A stretch of DNA of 64,000 bases from an uncultured Gammaproteobacteria bacterium (lineage in GTDB: Bacteria; Patescibacteriota; Microgenomatia; UBA8517; JACQJR01): contig CAYTZB010000004.1 of assembly GCA_964442455.1 (NCBI GenBank), positions 7,425-71,424 of the forward strand. Direction: 5' to 3'. A program made the translations under genes and the position numbers. Position 1 is the stretch's first letter. Each line of letters begins with the position of its first letter. Below the pieces are notes generated by a model. The model was given only the letters and a program-made list of their open reading frames with translations, was not told where the DNA came from and made no database searches. Below are positions 56,974 through 64,000 of the stretch, in pieces.

Positions 56974-57693
56974 CTAAGAGCTTTGGGTAATAATCCGTAC
57001 CGGTTGGAATAGTAGTGCATTCCTAAGTGCTGTTGCAACAAATTCGTCAGGGCTAGGAAGTGACAAACTACCGTATTCTGTCTCAATTACTCTCGTGTTC
57101 GTTGCAAAGTCTGTTCGTAATCTTCCAGGCCCAAGATGCAAATGTTCTTCAGTTGGCGTAATTGTTACCAGCTCATATTCTACCTCTCCAACTCTTAATA
57201 AAAGTTGTGCAAGAGGAGACCTATTTTCTTCAAAAACAAATATCTGTCTTGCATGTTCGAATGAACTACCGCTCAGCATAATAGGAGGAGAAGCATCTTG
57301 CGTTATTAAGACTCCACCTCTTAAATCAAGAATAGTGAACATATTATCTTTTAATCCGTTTTTGGATGTATCCGAAATGACTTCAACTCCTACTATTTTT
57401 CCATTTGATCGACTAATTACTAAGTCTGTTGTTGTTCTTTCGTGTTCAGATTGATGATAAAATGAAACTACATCCTCTCTTTCTCTTTGTACCTTTTTAA
57501 CATCATATCGTATTCCCCTTATTTGCGCCCCTTTGCTTCTATCTGTGAGAAGTTTATGATTTTGGTTAACATAATCGAGATGTTGTGAAAATCTTGTGCG
57601 AATCGCTTGGGGAATACGTGCAATCTGTGCTTGGGTAAGAGGAAAATATACTAATTGATTCTCAGGAGAGAGAGTACTTTCTGGTCTTGTCAT
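56974..57693 (-). CDS. hypothetical protein (239 aa), island ORF A, starting 10 nt after the rpsG stop
   Basis: It is an intact ORF with no recognisable family. No terminator separates it from rpsG. Confidence 0.5.
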   Translation of the reverse strand: MTRPESTLSPENQLVYFPLTQAQIARIPQAIRTRFSQHLDYVNQNHKLLTDRSKGAQIRGIRYDVKKVQREREDVVSFYHQSEHERTTTDLVISRSNGKIVGVEVISDTSKNGLKDNMFTILDLRGGVLITQDASPPIMLSGSSFEHARQIFVFEENRSPLAQLLLRVGEVEYELVTITPTEEHLHLGPGRLRTDFATNTRVIETEYGSLSLPSPDEFVATALRNALLFQPVRIITQSS

Positions 57694-57702
57694 AGAGGAT
57701 GA

Positions 57703-58182
57703 TTACCACCTAAAATGACTGAATGCACGGTTTGCTTCTGCGACTCTTTCGACTTCTTTTTTCTTTGCAATCGCACCACCCTGACCTTTGGAAGCATCCA
57801 AAATTTCAGCAGTAAGTTTGTCGGTAAACGTATGGTAATCTTTATTTGGGCGTTTTTGCGCCGCAAGAATCAACCAGCGAATGGCCAACGACTCGCGTCG
57901 CGGGCCCCGCACGGGAATGGGCACCTGGTATGCTGCACCCCCAACTCTGCGTGGCCGGACTTCCATTGTCGGTTTTATCTGCTCAACAGCAGACAAGAAT
58001 ACTTTGAGGGGATCCTCTCCTGTCTCCTTCTGCATCGCCTCAAAGGCACGGTATACAAGACCTGCGGCTACCGACTTCTTACCGTCGTGCATAATTCGGC
58101 TGATGAGCTTGGCCACAAGTTTGTGGCCATAAACCGGATCTGGTGCAATAGTTCGCGCTGGTACTGGTCCTCGTCTTGGCAT
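57703..58182 (-). CDS. rpsG: 30S ribosomal protein S7
   Basis: It belongs to the S7 family at 159 aa. Confidence 0.95.
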   Translation of the reverse strand: MPRRGPVPARTIAPDPVYGHKLVAKLISRIMHDGKKSVAAGLVYRAFEAMQKETGEDPLKVFLSAVEQIKPTMEVRPRRVGGAAYQVPIPVRGPRRESLAIRWLILAAQKRPNKDYHTFTDKLTAEILDASKGQGGAIAKKKEVERVAEANRAFSHFRW

Positions 58183-58291
58183 TGTCCTCTTTTTAGTCGT
58201 AAATATTACAAATACTACAAATTACAAATTTCAAATATTCTGAATTCTTAATTGATTGGTATTTATTTGTCATTGGTATTATTGGTACTTA
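58183..58291. repeat. family-C AT-rich repeat in the rpsL-rpsG spacer (see 46474-46565)
   Basis: It shares the blocks atactacaaatt..tcaaat, attggtatttatt and ggtacttatt. Confidence 0.45.
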
Positions 58292-58783
58292 TTAAGAAGC
58301 ACTAGCTTCCTGTATTACTGCTGCAGCTCTAGGCGCTCCCCCTCCCTCCGGGCCAGAGGTCCCTCCGGGCCGGCGGCCCTCACGTCGTGTCCCATATTGT
58401 GAACGGGAAGTCTTTCTTCCCACGACACCAGTGGTATCGAATTTCCCTCGTACAATATGATACTTAACCCCTGGAAGATCTCTTACACGACCGCCTCGAA
58501 CCAAAACTATCGAATGCTCTGCCAACTCGTGTCCTTCTCCTGGGATATAGGCAGTAACCTCTTGTTTATTCGAAAGTCGCACACGGGCAACTTTACGCAG
58601 CGCTGAATTCGGTTTCTTGGGGGTCATCGTGCGGACAGCCAATACCACTCCCCGTTTAAAGGGGCTCGGTAGTTGGGAAAACCGTCGCCGTCTCGCATTG
58701 AACCAACGCCGCAACGCCGTACTTCGGCTCTTTCCATGCACTTTTCTCCTTCCCTTTCTGGTGAGTTGATGAATCGTAGGCAT
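58292..58783 (-). CDS. rpsL: 30S ribosomal protein S12 with an N-terminal ~12-aa insertion and a GC-rich ~30-aa C-terminal tail
   Basis: The S12 core is present ([24 protein letters not shown]). The tail [24 protein letters not shown] is encoded by the direct repeat ccctccgggcc at 58321-58375. Confidence 0.95.
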   Translation of the reverse strand: MPTIHQLTRKGRRKVHGKSRSTALRRWFNARRRRFSQLPSPFKRGVVLAVRTMTPKKPNSALRKVARVRLSNKQEVTAYIPGEGHELAEHSIVLVRGGRVRDLPGVKYHIVRGKFDTTGVVGRKTSRSQYGTRREGRRPGGTSGPEGGGAPRAAAVIQEASAS

Positions 58784-58941
58784 AAATAATTAAATCCGAA
58801 ATTCGAATATCGAAATCCTAAACAAATTCCAAATTTTAAATTCAAATGATTGAAACAGTTTGAAATTTAGAAAATTTGAATTTAATTATTGTTTCGAATT
58901 TCGTGCTTAGAATTTCGAATTTCCAAAATTATATCACAATT
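58784..58941. repeat. family-A palindromic repeat, copy d, filling the rpoC-rpsL spacer
   Basis: It is visibly similar to the copies at 28995, 35110 and 38873, with inverted arms ccgaaattcgaatatcgaaat / atttcgaatttcg. Confidence 0.5.
58928..58936 (-). promoter_or_regulatory. candidate extended -10 promoter (TGaTATAAT on the minus strand) for the str operon, directly after the rpoC stop
   Basis: The motif is read from the reverse complement. No convincing -35 was found. Confidence 0.3.
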
Positions 58942-61900
58942 TTAACCTCGGGACAATTGTTGAGAGGGAAGTGCTGCACGCTCCGGAGTCACGGGAATAA
59001 GGCGGCCAATAATGACATTTTCTTTCAAGCCCAACAATTTATCTTCCTTGCCAAGAAGTGCTGCTTCGGTCAACACCTTGGTCGTCTCTTGGAATGAGGC
59101 AGCAGAGAGCCACGATGCGGTAAAGAGGGACGCTTTGGTAATACCCAAAATAACCACCTGGGCGGTTGCTGGTTCACCTCCTGCCGCAAGCACTCGCTCA
59201 TTCTCTTCTGTAAACCACGCTTTATCAACCAATTCCCGTGGCAACAGGATGGTATCTCCAGGGCTAATCACCTGCACTTTATCACTCATTTTCCTGACGA
59301 TGACCTCGAAATGTTTGTCGTTAATAGGAATACCTTGACTCTCATATACCGCCTGGATTTCAGAGATAAGATACTCTTGAGAAGCAAGCAGCCCCCGAAT
59401 ATTCAGTACTTCTTTGACATCAAGCATACCTGACGCAAGCTGTGTACCCGCCGCAATGAGGTCGCCATCGGACAACCGCAGTTGGGCAGTCTTGGGAATA
59501 ATATACTCCCGTTCTTCCGGCGGTTTGACATCAACACTGCGTACTCTTACTTTCCAAGAATCTTCTCGCTCAACAACTTCAACTTTGCCTGAAATTTCAG
59601 AAAGCGGTGAGACCACCTTTGGAATACGAGTTTCAAAGAGTTCCTCGACTCGGGGCAATCCTTTGGTCACATCAAGTCCCACAATTCCACCGGTATGTTT
59701 CACTCTCATGGTCAACTGTGTGCCTGGTTCACCGATAGATTGAGCCGCAACCACCCCTACCGGGGTACCCACTTCCACCCGCTTTTTGGTGGCCAAATCC
59801 CATCCGTAGCAGGCAGCACACATACCATATCGCGCAATGCACGTGAGAGGGGAGCGAACTAACACTTCATCTATCTTTTCCTCCTCAAGGTGAGTGAGCA
59901 CCTCTTCTGTTATTTCTTCTCCCGCCCGCACTATAAAGTGTTTCCCATTCTTAAGAGGAATATTAACTGCTGCCGTCCTTCCTAAGAGCCGACCCGTAAA
60001 CGAAACTGACCTATCCTTTCTCCGCATGACTACCCCTTCGCTCGTCCCACAATCTTCTCCCCTTACAATCATATCGTGTGCGACATCGACAAGTCGGCGT
60101 GTCAGATACCCAGCATCAGCAGTCTTGAGTGCCTGATCGGTCAATCCTTTACGTGATCCACGAGCGGTGGTGACGTACTCAAAGATAGAGAGACCTTCCT
60201 TAAAGTTTGATTTGGTCGGCAGTTCTACCACTCTTCCAAGGGGATCAACTACCAATCCCCTCATTGCCGCAATTTGTTTAACCTGCTCTCGTGAAGCACG
60301 ACCAACCCCTGCTTCAATAATAACCTTAATAGGATTCGCGGGCGGGAACACCTCCCACGTTCTGTCTGCTAATTCCTCTGTCGCCTCAATCCACACTTCT
60401 TGTGTTAATCGTCTTTTTTCATCTTCAGTGATTAAACCCGATCGGTAGTTTTCTTCAATTTCTGCAACTTGGCTATTTGCCCCCTCTATCATCTTATCTT
60501 TCTCGGGAAGAATGACTGCATCGGTAATACCAAACGAGAGACCGGATACTGTTCCGGCAGCGAATCCAATATTTTTGATGTTATCAATCATTTCTAAGAT
60601 TTCCGCCCTTGACCCCCGTGCAAAGACTGTGTTAAAGAGACGTTTGAGTACCCCTGCCGAAACCGGCTCATTCACAAATTCCACCCACCCTGGCAAGAGT
60701 TCATTGAAGAGAATACGACCAACTGTAGTGGTTATCTTTTTACCCTCAAGAAGAACGTCTATCTCTTGGCGAACTCCAAGCTTGCCTGTTTGGTATATAT
60801 AGACCGCTTCGCCAGCATCACACAGGACTTCCCGACGAGCTTGTTCGGTGTTAACACTCGTTAAGTAATATACGCCGAGCGCCATCTCTTTTGTTGCAGG
60901 AATTGTAATAGGAGAGCCATCAGCGGGCTTAAGGAGATTGTGCTCCGGCAACATGAGAGAGCGGGCTTCCTCTTTTGCCTTTTCAGCTAGAGGTACATGC
61001 ACTGCCATTTGGTCTCCATCAAAATCCGCATTGTATCCTGCACACACACACGGATGAATACGAATGGCGTTTCCTTCAATAAGAACCGGATAAAATGCCT
61101 GAATACCCAATTTGTGGAGTGTCGGCGCTCGGTTCAGCAACACCGGATGATCCCGCGAAACCTCCTCCAAAATATCAAACACTTCGGGGAGCCGTTTCTC
61201 AAGCATACTCTTTGCACTTTTAACATTCGGTGCAATACCCTGCGTAATCATTTCTCGCAACACAAACGGTTTAAACAGTTCTAGGGCCATCTCCTTTGGA
61301 AGCCCGCACTGATGGAGCGAAAGTTCTGGTCCTACCACGATGACAGACCGACCTGAATAGTCAACTCTTTTCCCAAGTAAATTCTGGCGAAATCTTCCCT
61401 GTTTGCCTCGCAGCATATCCGAAAGTGAACGGAGAGGCTGGCGTGTTCTTCCGCGACGCATCGTTTGGCGCTGGCTTGCATCAATGAGCGCGTCGACTGC
61501 TTCCTGGAGCATCCGCTTTTCATTACGCAAAATAATCTCCGGAGCCCCGAGCTCCAGTAAATGACGCAGTCGGTTATTCCTGTTGATAATACGTCGGTAC
61601 AAATCATTCAAGTCACTCGTGGCAAATCTACCTCCTGAGAGCTGCACCATGGGCCGCAGATCGGGAGGAAGCACCGGCAATACCCGCAGCACAAGCCATG
61701 AAGGGGCACTTCCGGCTTTGCGCATTCCTTCAACTAAGCGCAGCCGTTGTGCAAGTTTTATTGCACGGCCTCCCATTGCTTCGTTGACTTGAGAACGAAG
61801 CTGAGCTGCTAACTCCTCTAAGTTGATACTCTCAAGAAGATCGGCTATAGCCTCAGCACCCATTTTTGCCACAAAGAATGACGCGACCTCGTGGTCAAAT

Positions 61901-62658
61901 AACTCTTGATATCCCTCCTCTGATAAAAAGGTACGAGGAGCTACTACTCGAACCAACGCCACAAGTCGGTCAAACAGTTCACGAGTCTGTGCAGCTGCCG
62001 CAGCTGCTGTCTCGGTCACTGTGGCTTTGCGCTTGCGCGCTTCAAGTTCCAATTCCTCAACTGCTAAACTCAGTTGTTCTTTTGCTTTAATTTCTTTTTT
62101 CTTTTGGGCAACCAACGTGTTAAACTCGCGCTCTACAGCAGCAATACGGGAGCTTAATTGCTCCTGCTGCCGGTGTTCAAGTGACTGCCACTCCTTCTCA
62201 AGGCGGGTAATGGCAACTTTGCGCTCCTTCTCGTCAACTGAGAGAACTACATACCGTGCCAGGTATATCACTTGCTCAATTGTTTTAGAAGGTAAATCAA
62301 GAAGGGCTGAAAGCTTAGAAGGGGTACTTTTGAAAAACCACACATGCGCCACAGGAGAGGATAAGGTAATGTGACCCATGCGTTCTCGGCGCACCCGTGA
62401 TTGCGTCACTTCAACACCACATTTATCACACACCACCCCACGATATCGTATTCTTTTATACTTCCCGCAGTAACATTCCCAATCTTTTGTGGGTCCAAAA
62501 ATACGCTCGTCAAACAACCCATTTTTCTCGGGCTTGAGCGTCCGGTAGTTTATCGTCTCGGGTTTCGTCACCTCGCCACGGGACCACAGCTTAACCTGCT
62601 CGGGGGAGGCAACCTTAATAACCAATGATGTAAAATCAGCAAGATTCTTGACTTCCAT
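58942..62658 (-). CDS. rpoC: DNA-directed RNA polymerase subunit beta' (start at MEVKNLADF, 1 nt after the rpoB stop)
   Basis: The zinc-binding motif [23 protein letters not shown], the NADFDGD catalytic motif and the full-length beta' architecture are present. Confidence 0.97.
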   Translation of the reverse strand: MEVKNLADFTSLVIKVASPEQVKLWSRGEVTKPETINYRTLKPEKNGLFDERIFGPTKDWECYCGKYKRIRYRGVVCDKCGVEVTQSRVRRERMGHITLSSPVAHVWFFKSTPSKLSALLDLPSKTIEQVIYLARYVVLSVDEKERKVAITRLEKEWQSLEHRQQEQLSSRIAAVEREFNTLVAQKKKEIKAKEQLSLAVEELELEARKRKATVTETAAAAAAQTRELFDRLVALVRVVAPRTFLSEEGYQELFDHEVASFFVAKMGAEAIADLLESINLEELAAQLRSQVNEAMGGRAIKLAQRLRLVEGMRKAGSAPSWLVLRVLPVLPPDLRPMVQLSGGRFATSDLNDLYRRIINRNNRLRHLLELGAPEIILRNEKRMLQEAVDALIDASQRQTMRRGRTRQPLRSLSDMLRGKQGRFRQNLLGKRVDYSGRSVIVVGPELSLHQCGLPKEMALELFKPFVLREMITQGIAPNVKSAKSMLEKRLPEVFDILEEVSRDHPVLLNRAPTLHKLGIQAFYPVLIEGNAIRIHPCVCAGYNADFDGDQMAVHVPLAEKAKEEARSLMLPEHNLLKPADGSPITIPATKEMALGVYYLTSVNTEQARREVLCDAGEAVYIYQTGKLGVRQEIDVLLEGKKITTTVGRILFNELLPGWVEFVNEPVSAGVLKRLFNTVFARGSRAEILEMIDNIKNIGFAAGTVSGLSFGITDAVILPEKDKMIEGANSQVAEIEENYRSGLITEDEKRRLTQEVWIEATEELADRTWEVFPPANPIKVIIEAGVGRASREQVKQIAAMRGLVVDPLGRVVELPTKSNFKEGLSIFEYVTTARGSRKGLTDQALKTADAGYLTRRLVDVAHDMIVRGEDCGTSEGVVMRRKDRSVSFTGRLLGRTAAVNIPLKNGKHFIVRAGEEITEEVLTHLEEEKIDEVLVRSPLTCIARYGMCAACYGWDLATKKRVEVGTPVGVVAAQSIGEPGTQLTMRVKHTGGIVGLDVTKGLPRVEELFETRIPKVVSPLSEISGKVEVVEREDSWKVRVRSVDVKPPEEREYIIPKTAQLRLSDGDLIAAGTQLASGMLDVKEVLNIRGLLASQEYLISEIQAVYESQGIPINDKHFEVIVRKMSDKVQVISPGDTILLPRELVDKAWFTEENERVLAAGGEPATAQVVILGITKASLFTASWLSAASFQETTKVLTEAALLGKEDKLLGLKENVIIGRLIPVTPERAALPSQQLSRG

Positions 62659-62659
62659 A

Positions 62660-64000
62660 TTATTTTGTTTCCTCAACTTCCATCGTTCCCTCGGGTGCAG
62701 CCAACTCGCTTGAGTCTGCAGCAACTGTTGCACCCGACGCAGCGGCGAGTTCTTCGGCAAGGCGAGCTGTCTCCTCTTCCGCAACAACTTCTGTCGCAAC
62801 TATTTGCCCTTTCGGCTCAACAACCAGTCCAAGCGCATTGAGTTCACGCATGAGTACCTTAAATGAGTCGGGAATAGTTGCCTCAGGAATATCCGTCCCC
62901 TTGACAATTGCCTCAAATGCTCTCGCGCGACCCACCACATCGTCAGATTTGATGGTAATCATTTCCTGTAAGGTATGGGCTGCACGATGTGCCTCGAGCG
63001 CCCACACTTCCATCTCACCAAGTCGTTGTCCTCCCATCTGCGCTTTACCACCCAAGGGCTGTTGTGTGACGAGCGAATATGGGCCGGTTGAACGCGCGTG
63101 CATTTTGTCCTCAACCATATGAATAAGTTTCATAATATAACCTACACCCACCACCGTTTCTTGCTCAAGGGGTTGTCCAGTTCGTCCATCAAACAGTCGT
63201 GTTTTCCCAGACACAGGAAGCCCTGCAACTTTTAATTTCTCTTCAATAAGAGAGGTGGGAATACGCTCAAACACAGGAATCGCGGCTACCTCGTTCTGTT
63301 TTACAAGCGCCCATCCCAAATGTGCCTCAAGTAGTTGCCCCAAATTCATACGGGCAAGAACAGACAGGGGAGAAATAATGATATCAATTGGTGTCCCATC
63401 AGAGAGGTAGGGCATGTCGGAGGCCGGCACAATTTTTGAAATGACTCCTTTATTTCCATGGCGTCCTGCAAGTTTGTCCCCTACAGTGACTTTGCGAATT
63501 TGTGCAACTTTTATAATGATTTTCTTGAATGTCCCTGGCTCCAGCTCATCTCCCTTCTCCCTATCTAAAATTGTCAATCCTATCACCGTTCCTCGCTCTC
63601 CGTGAGGCATACGCAGTGACGTATCCCGTACTTCGCGCGCTTTCTCACCAAAGATGGCGCGTAGGAGCCGTTCCTCGGGGGTGAGTTCTGTCTCTCCTTT
63701 GGGTTGAATTTTCCCAACCAAAATGTCATTTGGTCCCACTTCGCTTCCCACTATCACAATGCCGTCCTCTCCCAAATTCGCCAGATCTGTCTCGGCGACG
63801 TTGGGAATATCGCGTGTCAACTCCTCAGGACCAAGTTTTGTCTCAACCACCTCTGCCTCATACTCCTCAATATGAATAGAAGTCAGTACATCCTCCTTGA
63901 CTAACCTGTCAGAAATCACGATTGCGTCTTCGTACCCCAATCCTTCAAATGAACAGTACGCAATCAGTAAATTCTGCCCGAGAGCAAGTTCACCATTTCC
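62660..64000 (-). CDS. rpoB: DNA-directed RNA polymerase subunit beta, C-terminal part (5'-truncated by the window end)
   Basis: The rpoB C-terminal conserved regions are present. The reading frame stays open to position 64000. Confidence 0.95.
   Translation of the reverse strand, partial: GNGELALGQNLLIAYCSFEGLGYEDAIVISDRLVKEDVLTSIHIEEYEAEVVETKLGPEELTRDIPNVAETDLANLGEDGIVIVGSEVGPNDILVGKIQPKGETELTPEERLLRAIFGEKAREVRDTSLRMPHGERGTVIGLTILDREKGDELEPGTFKKIIIKVAQIRKVTVGDKLAGRHGNKGVISKIVPASDMPYLSDGTPIDIIISPLSVLARMNLGQLLEAHLGWALVKQNEVAAIPVFERIPTSLIEEKLKVAGLPVSGKTRLFDGRTGQPLEQETVVGVGYIMKLIHMVEDKMHARSTGPYSLVTQQPLGGKAQMGGQRLGEMEVWALEAHRAAHTLQEMITIKSDDVVGRARAFEAIVKGTDIPEATIPDSFKVLMRELNALGLVVEPKGQIVATEVVAEEETARLAEELAAASGATVAADSSELAAPEGTMEVEETK

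Noticed and set aside
1-64000. Mobile genetic elements with protein genes (transposase, integrase, phage), rRNA genes, and restriction-modification or defence systems.
   Set aside because: No DDE or tyrosine/serine recombinase motifs, terminal inverted repeats bounding ORFs, or rRNA-like sequences were recognised. Mobile-like content is limited to the short non-coding repeat families described.

Overview
This 64-kb window is a chromosomal segment of a small-genome, low-GC (roughly 43-46%) bacterium, and nearly all genes lie on the minus strand. Several traits point to a Candidate Phyla Radiation / Patescibacteria-like organism (inference, not checked against databases). There is no rpmD (L30) between rpsE and rplO. 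Many ribosomal proteins carry extensions. It has an archaeal-type class IIb Asp/AsnRS and a thin biosynthetic complement. Content is mostly core information-processing genes: gltX, a D-Ala-D-Ala carboxypeptidase, aspS-like, recJ, cca, secDF, dtd, rhomboid, yifB/comM, rnpB (RNase P RNA, plus strand, with a clear TTGTCA-18-TGnTATAAT promoter), miaA, an ABC-2 exporter, HU, RNase Y, recA-recX, tRNA-Pro(GGG), a GT39/PMT-like glycosyltransferase, pgeF/yfiH and a TrpE/PabB-like enzyme. The ribosomal genes cover rplM-rpsI, the complete S10-spc-alpha cluster (rpsJ through rplQ, including infA, rpmJ, map, adk, secY and rpoA), the str operon (rpsL-rpsG ... fusA-tuf), rpoC and the 3' part of rpoB. Three things stand out. 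First, a 2.6-kb island of four uncharacterised ORFs plus a hairpin-rich segment sits inside the normally invariant rpsG|fusA junction of the str operon and is apparently co-transcribed with S12/S7. Second, short GC-rich hairpin-forming elements are inserted in-frame and translated inside conserved housekeeping genes (recJ, dtd, rplD, rpsL, rpsM and possibly recX), analogous to Rickettsia palindromic elements. The dtd and rplD copies share an exact 13-mer plus flank. Third, at least five families of short AT-rich palindromic repeats occupy operon boundaries within the ribosomal clusters. No CRISPR array, rRNA, transposase or integrase was seen.
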